This document shows positions 37,381 to 49,120 of a stretch of DNA of 54,613 nt, in pieces. The notes beneath the pieces were generated by a model. The model searched no databases and had not been told where the DNA came from. It saw only the letters and a program-made list of their open reading frames with translations. The position numbers and the translations under genes were made by a program. Positions within the stretch are counted from its first letter, which is position 1; every line of letters starts with the position of its first letter. Source of the stretch: Octopus bimaculoides. Taxonomy: Eukaryota. The stretch spans positions 59,435,085-59,489,697 of the forward strand of contig NC_068986.1 of the NCBI RefSeq assembly GCF_001194135.2, in the 5' to 3' direction.

Positions 37381-37425
37381 TTTGAACCTGAAGAAGACAG
37401 ATAATCTGTCGAAATATTATTTAAA
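37381..37425 (+). ncRNA. Minimal type-I hammerhead ribozyme (Penelope-associated type)
   Basis: UUUGAAC-CUGAAGA-A-GACAGA-UAA-UCUGUC-GAAA-UAU-U-AUUUAAA: core CUGANGA and GAAA, perfect 6-bp stem II, palindromic helix III (AUAU), and stem I pairing 37381-37386 with 37420-37425 with a C-A mismatch next to the cleavage site. Confidence 0.7.
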
Positions 37426-39984
37426 CCATTAAATAAACAATCTGTTCCAAATCGCATTGCACTATTCTTATTGTATATTTACCTTCATGAAGAGTTACAT
37501 CAATTTTTATAAAACATTATTATTATTGTTTCCTTTTCACTTTTCAGATTTCTTGATTACACTTGTTTCGGTTAATTCCATAAGAGCAGACAACAGCCTG
37601 TTGAACATGGCATGCACAAATGTGTCTTTAGTTATTTAATCCCATATGCATTTGCAGTTGTATATACATTGTATCATTCAGTATAAACTCCTTTCTGAAG
37701 CCTTTGTTCATAACTGCCTGCATGCCTTTCAAGATGTGCTGAGCTCTTTCAGAAATATTACAGTTGCAGTACTTCTTTCATTTTTAAACCTTTTGGATTT
37801 TAGAGGTTCCAGATATCACTATTTTGAATAAAAGATAATGAACTTGTAGTAGTAATTACCTCAAGGTGGCTGTGGTGATAGCTGAGGTAGTATTGGTGTG
37901 GCAGAGGTTCTGGTTGTACTATTGGTAGCAAACTGCCTGTCTACCAGGGAAAGGATGAACTGTTTCTACCTTATCACTAGTGTTACTATAACCTGTGTCC
38001 CTGACAAAGGTACATATCTCCCAGTGACCCATAGCCTCTTAATATCATTGAGAAAATTGTTGTTTAGGCTCTGGTCAGCTCTGATCAAGTGGATCTATGC
38101 TCAAAGAAATTTTCATTTGTAAGTATGTCTTTTTTATATCTAACATGTTCTTTGTTAAGATAGTAAGGTAAGTTTATATGACAGATTTGGTTGCTATTTC
38201 TAGCGGATTCATCATCATTTTTATTTGTCAGTGAAGTAGACAGGAAGGAAAAAGTTAAATAAAATGTAAATAAAAAAGAGAGAACTCCGGTTCCTATATC
38301 TAGCAGGCTTTATTGGCTCATATGAAATTGTACCTCCTGTAGGCATATTTCATCCACACCAAAGTGGTCTGGACCATTGAACAGTGACAATTAGGAAGGA
38401 ACAATATGATATAATGTAGAACAAGTGAAGTGGCTCGATGATACTTTATCAACTTATGCAGCTGTTTACCAACATGTCTTTTTCTGACTACTTATTACAA
38501 TTAATAAATGACATTTTCTGAATCTAGGTTGGGTTTTCAACAGCAGAACTAGGTTTTAAACTTGTAATTTGGGAAGTATCAGTCCTAGTTTCCTCATCTA
38601 TAAACCAACTCAACCAACAAATCAAACATACAAAGATAGATTTGATAATTAAGACTACAAATTTGTCCTTCAGTTGAGAAATGTAAATTTTTGCTTAATC
38701 ACCGAAGAATATCAAAATTTAATTTATGTGTAGTCAAGAGGTTAGTGCTAATATGGGAATAAGCCAATACTCAAACAGGCAATTAATTATCATTATGTAT
38801 TCCATGGAAAGGAAAATTTATCTAAAAATTTTCTATAATTAAATTTTGTAATTACTTTCTATTGCAGCAGGAAGTGATTTTGGCATATTGTTGCCAATTG
38901 GAATAAAATTTTCATGTGAAAGTCTGAACGAAAGGTAGGTAGATAGGTGTGTGTATGTGTGTGTGTGAGATAGAGAAAGAAGAACTCAAAAGCATGCATG
39001 ATTGTGTGTTTACAAAGTTTGCTTTTCAACTATATGCCGTTGGGTTCAATCTCATAATGCAGCATTTTGACAAGTGTCTTTTATTAGAGCTTTGAGTTAA
39101 ATTTAGTAGACAGAAACTGTGTGGAACTAGTTGGAGTGTACTGTTCCTGTTTTCAGATGGTAGACTATATATGTTGTCTGATTTAACACTACTATCTGTC
39201 CTTTGGACACCTTTAACAGAATCTATCTGACTAGGTGTCTGATCTAAAGATAATGCTCTAACTAGCTTCGCATAGCTTGAAAATAGTCATGAGTGCCTCC
39301 CTTACTCTTCTGACAAAGTCATTAAAAAAAATCAACAAGAAATAAATACATAATTTATTTGATCCAGTGATCTAGTTCTGTCTGAGAATGTGCAAAAATT
39401 AAGTCAATAGGGTATTGGACTACTGATAGAGTTTATATCCTGTCACTTGTAAAACATTGAATCCAAAGCTGAGTTACCTAAATTTCAAATGGTCCTGTCC
39501 ACTTCAGATGTAACTGAATGCCACTGGCTTGAGACAAATTGCCTTTGTAAGTACTAGCACCACTTTAAAATTCATAAGTAACTCTTTATCTTGTAGTGCT
39601 TATATTGTAGTGCTAAGTACCATTTTTCCTATGCGTATAGCTTAGAGATGAATGGATTTACTGATGAAGTCTTCACTAGTACTCATATAAAGCAATCCTA
39701 AGATAGTAGCTTTATCTATGAATCTAACCTTTTACTCATTGGAGCTGTTATTCAGATGGTTCTGCCATGCTAGGCCACAGCACATCTAAAGATCATTTGA
39801 TCATAAAATTGAATCACATAGTGTAGTATTGAAAACATATGGAACATGCAATGGTACAGAAATATGAATGTTCTAATGACAGTGGATGTTTATACACTGA
39901 TGATGGCCTGTTCACATCTGTTATAGCAAAACTAAGTCAGATGATTGGGAATTTCTAGCTGAAACTGAATAATGAAGTTTTCAT

Positions 39985-40173
39985 AATATGTTTTCCATGC
40001 TGACATGAGTTGGATGGTTTGACAGGAGCTGGCAAGACCAAGAGCTGCACACCAGGTTCCATTTTCTGTTTTGGCAAGGTTTCTACACCTAGATGTCCTT
40101 CTTAATACCAACCACTTTACAGAGTGTACTGTGTGCTTTTTATGAGGAACCAGCACCAGTGCTCTTTACATGG

Positions 40174-40178
<5 letters not shown>
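39985..40178 (-). mobile_element. RTE LINE 3' tail fragment
   Basis: TTCCATGCTGACATGAGTTGGATGGTTTGACAGG...TTTCTACACCTAGATGTCCTTC..CCAACCACTTTACAGAG. Confidence 0.7.
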
Positions 40179-40234
<56 letters not shown>

Positions 40235-40250
40235 CATACATGCACACACA

Positions 40251-41712
40251 CACTCAGAACCATGCTAATAGCTTAGGAGTGAAATTTAGGATTTCTCGGT
40301 TTTCTGTGACTCAATTTTGATAAATCTTTTCCCAGTTGGTTTTCACACTATGGCAACACCATTATGTTTTTATCATCCTGAGTAACATCCTTTCTTTTTT
40401 ATTTCAGATTCTTCAGTTTTGGGGTGAACCATGCTAATAGCTTTTGAATGAAAATAGCCCATCTAGACATTTCTTTCAAAAAATGAAGGGTAATGATACA
40501 TATTAAGTACACATTGAGTATATATTTAACAGAAAACCATAATAATATTATAACTTTTATTGACATAATGAATTATTTAGCCACATGAGCACCATTTTGA
40601 CAGATAACTTCAAAAACCCTATTAGTCATGGAATCAGTCAATTTCTTAGTAGTAGCTGGTTGGACTGCCTTTGCTGCAGCTTTGATGGTCGCCCATAAGA
40701 CATTTTTTTATGTAAATTGGTGTCCATCGGCATAAACATCTTGTTTAAAAATGGATCAAAGATTTTTGATAGGGTTGAAATCCAGAGATGCTAGTGGCCA
40801 CACCATCAACCTTTTACCTTGCATGCCGTAAGACCCTAGGAATGTTTGGGTGGTCTTAGCAGAGTGAGAGAGTGCATTGTCATGCATGAATATGAGATTC
40901 CTTAAAAGTGACAGCAGTATGTCATCTAGCTAGGGATCTAAGACCTCCTTCAGGAGATTGCAGTAGGTGACTGTGGTCACTTTAACCCCTCCAGGCACCC
41001 TGACTGGGCCAACAAGTCTGCCTTCAATCATATCAGCCCACAACATGATTCCTCTACCCTGTTGTTGACATCATAAAGGTTGGTGGTGCTCAACTCCAAA
41101 ACAGACCCAACCATTTACCCAACTGGCAGGTTTGTCAAGGTCACCCTGGTTTTGTCAGTGAACAGAACACAAACTCATGTCTAATGTCATGTACTTTTAG
41201 GCCCATTGAAGCCTCCAACTCCTGTGAGGAGGCAGTTTCAGGGGTTCTTGTATCCTGAGGATGCAATTTCTGGTGGTTTTCAGTACATGAGGAAGTCCAG
41301 AGGTAATGAAAATGGCCTTGCTTGTTTGTCCAGGTATTCCTTAAATCCCTAGCTGTCACAGTCTTGGAGGTCCCACAATCGGATTGTTTCTTCCTTGGCG
41401 CTTGTGGCTAAATAATTCATTATGTCAATAAATGTTATAATATTATTATAGTTTTCTGTTAAATATATATTCAATGTTTGCTTAATATGTATCATTACCC
41501 TTCATTTTCTGAAGAAAAAAAAAAATGTCAAGATGGGCTGAAGAATCTGAAATAAAAAGGAAAGGACATTACATAGAATTAAGAAAACATAATTGGCCCA
41601 GTCAAGGTGCCTGGAGGGGTTAAAGTGACCACAGCTGGGAAAAGTTTTATCAAAATCAATTCACAGAAAACTGAGAAATCCTAAATTTCACTCTCAGCTA
41701 TTAGCATGGTTT
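40251..41712 (-). mobile_element. Tc1-family element with long IR/DR termini and decayed transposase
   Basis: Inverted repeats at ~40251-40584 and ~41404-41712. Direct repeat AACCATGCTAATAGCTT at 40258 and 40427. Minus-strand VLFTDKTRV, IFMHDNALSH and WPLASLDFNPIKNL*SI motifs. Confidence 0.85.
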
Positions 41713-41861
41713 TGGATGCGTTAGGAAGGGCATCCAGCTGTAGAAACTCTGCCAAATTTAGATTGGAGCCTGGTGTTGCCATCCGGTTTCATCAGTCCTC
41801 AGTCAAGTCGTCCAACCCATGCTAGCATGGAAAGCGGACGTTAAACGATGATGATGATGAT
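41713..41861 (+). mobile_element. RTE LINE extreme 3' end
   Basis: AGGAAGGGCATCCAGCTGTAGAAAC...CCAACCCATGCTAGCATGGAAAGCGGACGTTAAACGATGATGATGAT, nearly identical to the reverse complement of 53490-53620. Confidence 0.85.
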
Positions 41862-42126
41862 AAGTGATGTTTATCACTACTTAAATATGGCTGTTCCATA
41901 GGAACTGAGGTTACTACCATTTTAACCTCAGAAGGATGCCTCCTCCAGCTGGTTATTCGATGAAATCTGCACCTGATATATAGGTGTTCACTCCCCTGCT
42001 TGCAATATATATCGAGTGCAGATTGCATTAAATAACCAGGTGAAGGAGGTGTCCTCCTGGAGTTAAGATGGTAGTAACATCAGTTCCTACAGAACAGCCA
42101 CATTTAAGAGGTGATAAACATTACTT
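41862..42126. mobile_element. MITE-like element with ~110-bp TIRs and a ~45-bp spacer
   Basis: AAGTGATGTTTATCACTACTTAAATATGGCTGTTCC...AATCTGCAC pairs with GTGCAGATT...GAACAGCCACATTTAAGAGGTGATAAACATTACTT. Confidence 0.8.
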
Positions 42127-43329
42127 CTCAGTATAGTTACTGCTTTCATCTCATAGAGATTTTCTAACAAGCTAATATAATAAGTATTAAAATTGCTTTA
42201 AATCAGAGAATGGAGCATATACATGAACCATTGTAGTGCATTAAAAACATTTAAGTTTTTTAAATGTCTTGGCATTTTCTGACTTACTTTAAAAAATTGC
42301 AGCAAACCTGCTGACAGTACACAGTACATAAGTGTGCTACAATACAACATTTTAAAATGTCTAACTTAAAAGCTCTCTCATCAGTCTCTGAATTTTGTGG
42401 CACCCTGTACATAAGCCACCAAGTGATCAAAATGTCTTATCAATGGTTTCAATGCATGCTACTCAAACACTCTACTAATTCAGAAAATGTAGATGCCATC
42501 GGCACTAGATTTCTGCTGAGTTTTTAGCCATCTAACTCGGATCTCTCGTTTAGGACCATGACAAACTATATTGCCATAAAAGACCAGCTATGAGAAACTG
42601 TGTTGCATTATAAGTATGGGGAATGAGAAATTCTGGGTTAGTGCTTTCAGATCACTTGCACCTTTAGCTTTTATTAAACCATATCTTGTGGAGAAGGCAA
42701 TACTATATCTAAAGATACTCTGTTGGTATAATTGGGCACAGCCTGAAAAAACCTCCACTATCTATCTATAAGTGTCTGTGAAGAGGTGAAGGTTAAAAGA
42801 GTCAATCTCAACAGTAAACTGGGTTGGAAGAAAACTTGGGTCCATCAACCCTATTCATCTCAAAAAGAGTTTGTTTGAAGGTACAACAAATATTTCCATC
42901 CCCGTAGTTGAGGATGAGAATATTCATTTATTTATAACCATTTTAAAGATGTTCTTCCCTTTTAAAAAAATAATAGGGCGCAATGAGAGAAACTTAGTTT
43001 CTACTTTTAGCAAGTCAAGAAATCACACACAGGCAAGTACAACATGTGTCAAACGTAAGCTGTGAAAATACAGTAAATATTAATATTTGGACTGGCTACC
43101 TTGGTTCAGTTCCTTATATGAGTGAAAGTTGTCAGCAAAATTCTGTGTAGAAGATTTAATACTCATCCAATCAACACTACAGAAAACTGTGTTGAGTACA
43201 GGATCTACATGTCTTTGTAGTCTAGAAATGATTAACCTCCTTGACCTATCTCTGTTCTATCCTAGATTCTATTGCTCTTGATCTTCTCATAAAAAAAGTT
43301 AAGTATCAGTGGCGAAAGAAACAATAAAA

Positions 43330-44575
43330 TCTTTGTAGGTGAGTGTGTGAGTGTATGTCTGTGTCCGTACATGTGTAGTTGTGTTTGTCTATGTATGTGT
43401 GAGTGTGTATGTTGTATATGTGCTTATATGACAAACACAGAAATATAGACATTTACCATTCGTATGTACACACACACACACACGCACACATTTGTACATA
43501 TGCATTCATCATAGTCCAGAAACGCACGACACCAGTACACAGACACAGACACATGAACATACCACCACACATTCTCTCTCTTTCTCTTACCTAAACATAA
43601 ATACACATATACGTGTTAATGTACAAACATTTATGTGCACATATCAATACTATTACACACACACACACACACACACACAAACATACGCGCGCGCGCATGC
43701 ACACACACACACACACGCGTACACCATTTGAAAATATTTATCCATTCTTTGTGTTATTCTATGCTGTGTATTTTTACTAATTGAATAGTAACACATGTTG
43801 TCTCACAGTAAATAGTCTTAGTGGAAATAAATGTAATGCACGCCGGGCAAAATGTTTAGCGGTATTTCGCCCATCGCTATGTTCGGAGCTTGACATGTCT
43901 GCTAACAACTTGTACACACGTTGTACGTACGCATCTTACACAATCTCAATCATATGAATGCACACATGTATATATATGCACTAATGATCATCATCATGAG
44001 TCTACGTAATGTCCAACACAAACATTCATGCATACACACATACATAAGCACAACACTTGCTACAACATATACATGTACATACACAATTTGCACACACATA
44101 TACAAATACAATTTGCACACACATATACAAACACATGCAACTGTATGCAAACTAACACTAACGCTAACAACACGCACACACGCGTACGCACAAACACACG
44201 CACACACACGAGCACGCACAAACACACACACACCTAGTAACATGTACATAAACACATAATCAAACATCATATGATAGGTATATCATAATTATAAGTACAC
44301 AAACTCACATATACATACATGCACATACACATATTGACTTATAGATATCCAATCATCAACATCCTAACGCAAACAAAGCAGTTTGAAGGTGTGTTTACTC
44401 AACATACACATACATACACTTAGATATTCATATGTGCACACATATAAACACATGCACACACACACACACGCACACACATACACGCACGCACATACATGCA
44501 CACACGCACGCACACACACACACACATGCTTATACATACACATTCTACAGGAGCACACATACACACACATCAACT
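43330..44575. repeat. Degenerate AC/AT-rich low-complexity tract
   Basis: Interleaved CACA, TACA and CGCA arrays. It accounts for the overlapping T/H/V/C/Y-rich ORFs. Confidence 0.9.
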
Positions 44576-44718
44576 GTCAAGTGGACACTTGTGTTCTAAA
44601 ATAAACTTTAGCTTAAAGCAGGAAATCTCAACAGCAGATAATACTATGTCCTGATGACATGGTATTTTTTCTAATTCCATTTCCAGAGGTCAAACCCAAA
44701 GACAAAAAGAAAATATCC

Positions 44719-44770
<52 letters not shown>

Positions 44771-44807
44771 CAGAGAGAGAGAATACATCTATCTCTATAT
44801 TTGTCTG

Positions 44808-44862
<55 letters not shown>

Positions 44863-44896
44863 GTTTATTAATCAATCAATCACTATTATTATTATT

Positions 44897-45116
44897 GCCA
44901 AGCTGGCAGAATCGTTAGCTTTCCAGGGAAAAATGTTTAGCGGTATTTTACCCATCGCTATGTTCGAAGTTCGAATACTGCCGAGGTTGACTTAACCTTT
45001 CATCCTTTCAAGGTTGATAAATTAAGTACCAGTGAAACACTGGGTTTGATATAATTAACTAGTCCCCTTCCCCAAAATTTCAGGCCTTGTGCCTTTAGTA
45101 GAATGGATTATTACTA
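44897..45116 (+). mobile_element. SINE family B (tail type 1)
   Basis: AGCTGGCAGAATCGTTAGC...GAGGTTGACTT..CCTTTCATCCTTTC..CCCCAAAATTTCAGGCCTTGTGCC. Confidence 0.8.
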
Positions 45117-45231
45117 TTAGTTAAAACTGCTTGATTCAGTAACTCCTCCCAAATGTGTTGAGTGCCTTTTATTTTCATTTGTCCACTCACTTGTGTACAC
45201 GCACGTGTTTGTGTATAAAGACCAGCTTAGA

Positions 45232-45261
45232 AGCTGCCCAATAGGACAGCTTTTAAGCTAG
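45232..45261 (+). mobile_element. Helitron-like 3' terminus
   Basis: Hairpin AGCTGCCC-AATA-GGACAGCT followed by TTTAAG-CTAG|T. The same GCTTTTAAGCTAGTATATA end occurs at ~49108-49126. Confidence 0.5.
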
Positions 45262-45269
45262 TATATAGC

Positions 45270-48140
45270 TTATAAGCAACTGACCCATATAACAACGTTC
45301 NNNNNNNNNNAAGCAACTGACCCATATAACAACGTTCCACATTCCCTGAACTTCACCCAGCGAAGTCTCACTCTTGCTGTCGCACCCACCACTTACATCC
45401 ACCCTATCTCCCAAATAACAAAATCCTCTCACTGTTTCCACCTCATCACATAACATTTCCAGTGGTTCCACCAGCCCTCCAGCTCCTTTCTCACATTTTC
45501 CACAAATAAACTCTCTTGCCAGTCTTCATTTTTGTACATCTACTGTGAATCCATTTCTCACATTTTGTACACAACACTGCATTTGCCATTACCCACATAC
45601 ACTACATGGATCCACCTTACTCACTAACACTTCTCCTTCCACCCCACTCACCATCATCTTTGTCTTCCTGAGGTTTACCTTCAAACCCTTGCTTTCAAAT
45701 GCCTCCTTCCATTTCCAAAACTTCTCCCTCAATCCCTCCATTGTCTCACTCATCAGAACAAGGTCATCTGCATACTGCATCTCCATTAGCAATCCCTCTC
45801 TTGCACACTCCATCACCACATCANNNNNNNNNNNNNNNNNNNNNNNNNNNNNNNNNNNNNNNNNNNNNNNNNNNNNNNNNNNNNNNNNNNNNNNNNNNNN
45901 NNNNNNNNNNNNNNNNNNNNNNNNNNNNNNNNNNNNNNNNNNNNNNNNNNNNNNNNNNNNNNNNNNNNNNNNNNNNNNNNCTGTCTTTACTCCCTCATAC
46001 AAACTCATCACTGCCCTCACTATTACCTCTAGTACACCTCTCATCCTCAATACCTACTCAATCACCTTCCTTGGAACCCTATCAAATGCTTTCTCCAGAT
46101 CAACGAAGTACATGTACAACTTCTCCTTATCTCAGTATTCCTCTTGCAATCTCCTTACAATGAACACTCAATCTATTGCCCCCTACCTGGCATTAAACCA
46201 AATTGCATCTTGTCCACACCCACCCGCTTCTGAATTCTCCTCTCCAACACCCTTTCCACTATCTTCATTGCATGCTCCAATAACTTCACTCCCCTGTATG
46301 TCCCACAGCTCATCGTATCTCCCTTCCCTTTGAAAATCTGTACCACCACACTTAGTGCCCAATCATCTGGCATTCCTCTTCCATCTAGCACACCCTGGCA
46401 GAGCTCCATCATCACAACAATCCCTATCTCTCCACTTGCAGTTATCATTTCCACATTTACTTCTGGTGTACCAGCTGCCTTTCCCGTTTTCATTTCCTTC
46501 ATTGCCTCTACTACTTCTTCCCAACTAACCCTCTCCACTGGCCCTTCCACTTCAACAACTTCCACCCTCTGATCCCATTCACTCTCCTCATTCATAATTC
46601 CCTCCATATTCTCCTTCCAAACTATTCTCCAGTCTTTCTCACTAAAATTCAACCTTCCCTCACCCCCTCTCACACATCTTCCTCCCTCAACATCTCTTCC
46701 ATCTTTTTTCATTGATTTAATAAACCTAAACACTCTATCTGGGTTCTCATCCAGCCTCTTTGCACGATTCTTCATGTTATTATACCTGGCTTTCATTTGC
46801 TCAGTCCTATTATTACATTAAAGCTTTATGCACCTCCTTCTTCCTTACTATTGCATCCCTCACCTCCTCGTTCCACCACCACGTATCTCCTCGATCTCTC
46901 CTACCTTTCGTCCTTCCACACACTTCGTTACATGCCTTTAGTACCCCTTCTTTAAAAGACTTCTACAAATCCGGTGCATCAGTGCTTACCAACTCCCCAA
47001 CTCTCTCTTCAAACCTTGCTCTTGTTTCTTCTTTCAGTTTCTACAATTTTCTCCTTTCAACCGTTCCCTTTCTCACACACTTTTTGGTTTTCTTCTTATC
47101 CAAGTCAGCAACCACCAACCTGTGCTGCAACTTCCCTGGTATTGTCTTCTCATCTGTCAGGTGCTTTCTGTTTTATCTGCCAACCAACACAAAGTCAATC
47201 TCTATCTCATACCCTGCACTGAAAGTCACTTTCCTTTTCTCATGTTTTCCTAAACCATGTGTTTGCCACACACAACTCTTTCTCATCACAAAAATCCAAC
47301 AGCATCTACATTTCTCTCCCCCATTCTGTTTCCCCCATGCACACTCTCAAAGCCCTGGATCCATTTCCCAACAAGTCCATTAAAATCACCCATGCCCAAA
47401 ATCAATTCATTCACTTTATGTAAGTCTCATTCATTCGCTATTTCATCAAAGAACCACCCTTTCTTGGTGATCCCTCTTCCACTTTGCAGACCATACCCAC
47501 GAATCACTCTCACCACTTCTTCTTCAAATGCTAACATTACTGTCATCACTCTGTCACTCTTTCTCCTAACCTCCACCACCTTCTCATAGACTTCTTCCTT
47601 CACCAAAACTTCCACACCTCCAGTCCCCCTGCTATTTCCCGACCTCCACAATTTGTACCTTCTTCCCTTGACCCCCACAAATCTTGCACCCTGGCCCCTC
47701 CACCTAGCCTCCTGCATACAGCACACGTTCACCCTCCTCTTCTTCAATTCCTCAGTTCCCCTTCCATGCAGACTGCCCACATTCCAACTTCCCAACCTCA
47801 CCCCAAGCTTCACCCCAAACCTTTGGCCATCATAAGGCAAGTCATGCTTGCACAACCCAAGATGAGGGTTTGCACCTTCCTTTTTGAGGTAGGCAGGTGA
47901 AGCCCACCCCAACCTTTGGGCTGGTTGATGCCCATTCTCCTTTGCTATCATGAGGCTTTCTTGGAGTTGGATTTTCTACAGGGAGCATGCCCTTGCTTAC
48001 CCCCAACATCAGTTTCTAGACATGGGTAGTCCCAAAACAAAGGCCGCTACCAAGATTTTTAAGAAATGTTGGGGAAAACTAGCTCAGGAAGGCAGGGACG
48101 CTACTCCCTGAGACCCCTTTCGGATATGTGATGATAAAAC
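45270..48140 (-). mobile_element. RTE LINE, long decayed copy with APE endonuclease and RT (contains gaps 45301-45310 and 45824-45980)
   Basis: RLGSWNVGSL..VCCMQEARWRGQG (APE), YRGVKLLEHAMKIVERVLE..MQFGLMPGRG, MQYADDLVL..GLKVNLRKTK, FCYLGDRV. Confidence 0.92.
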
Positions 48141-48458
48141 TTTTAACAAACAAACTAAAATAATAATAATAATAAAGCTGATATTAAGACCAAATATATA
48201 GTTCTTGTGTTTACATGGCTCAATATGACCATCCCCAAGCATAACAATATCTGTTTCAGCACACAATTTCACATAAAGAATCATGCAAAACAAATATATA
48301 AACATATATACATCTAATATAATAAATATGGAAACTAATTTCTGTGTGTCAGTGTGTCACACTTTGACCCCCTCTCTCACTATTCAATGACACTTCCTTG
48401 TGCTGGGGTGTGAGTAATAGTAGGCATAGAGACGGTGAGGGCAGTGGTGAAGACAAAC

Positions 48459-48489
<31 letters not shown>

Positions 48490-48840
48490 GACAGAAGGAA
48501 AGAAAAAGAGAGGGAGAGAAAGAGAGAAAGAAATTTAGGGAGATTTGATGTTTTATTAAAAGTAGTAGTATTGATGGTGGCAATGAGAGTAATAAGAGAG
48601 AGAGAGTGGGTATGTGAGAGAAAGAGGGAGATGATGCACAACTTTCCTGTGGCCAGCATACTGAACCACCTACTGAACACTATCATTTTGTTTTATTTTT
48701 TGCTTTCTTTAATACATAAATATATATGTGTGTGTATGTGTGTGTGTGTATGTATATACATATACATACACACATACACACACACACACATATATAAAAT
48801 ACACTTTAATTCAAATATAGTTTCCCCAAAATTAAATATA

Positions 48841-49120
48841 TCTAATATAATAAATGTGAACATCAGTGTGTCAGTATGTCACACTTTTTCAACATTACTC
48901 CTAGAGGCCATAGCCCATCATATCATACCATTTTGGAATCCTGAAATTTTGGATTTCTATATTTTCATTACAGCGATTGTTTTTGGCAATTTGTTTTTGC
49001 GCTGAATATGATCATCATTAAGATATGACTCTGGAGGAAGCAATTGCAATAAATTCTCCAAAACAAGTCAGAGATCTGTTTGCAGATCTTCCTATTCAAG
49101 GTTAGATGCTTTTAAGCTAG
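48841..49120 (+). mobile_element. Short non-autonomous Helitron-like element
   Basis: A|TC start TCTAATATAATAAATGTGAA..GTGTGTCAGT.TGTCACAC (a second copy of this start is at 48313), hairpin AGATCTG-TTTG-CAGATCT near the end, and CTAG|T terminus at 49117-49120. Confidence 0.45.

Noticed and set aside
38068-38118. Exon-like AG...GTAAGT segment
   Set aside because: The sequence is a copy of interspersed repeat family C (GGTCAGCTCTGATCAAG..GATCTATG.TCAAAG).
45274-45337. 27-bp direct repeat around a 10-N gap (could mimic a TSD)
   Set aside because: The copies directly flank the gap and are identical, like the 78-bp case at 21830-21995; a contig-overlap artefact.
45545-47835. Several long plus-strand ORFs (262, 207, 154 aa)
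   Set aside because: They are antisense shadows of the minus-strand RTE ORF, partly inflated by N-gaps.
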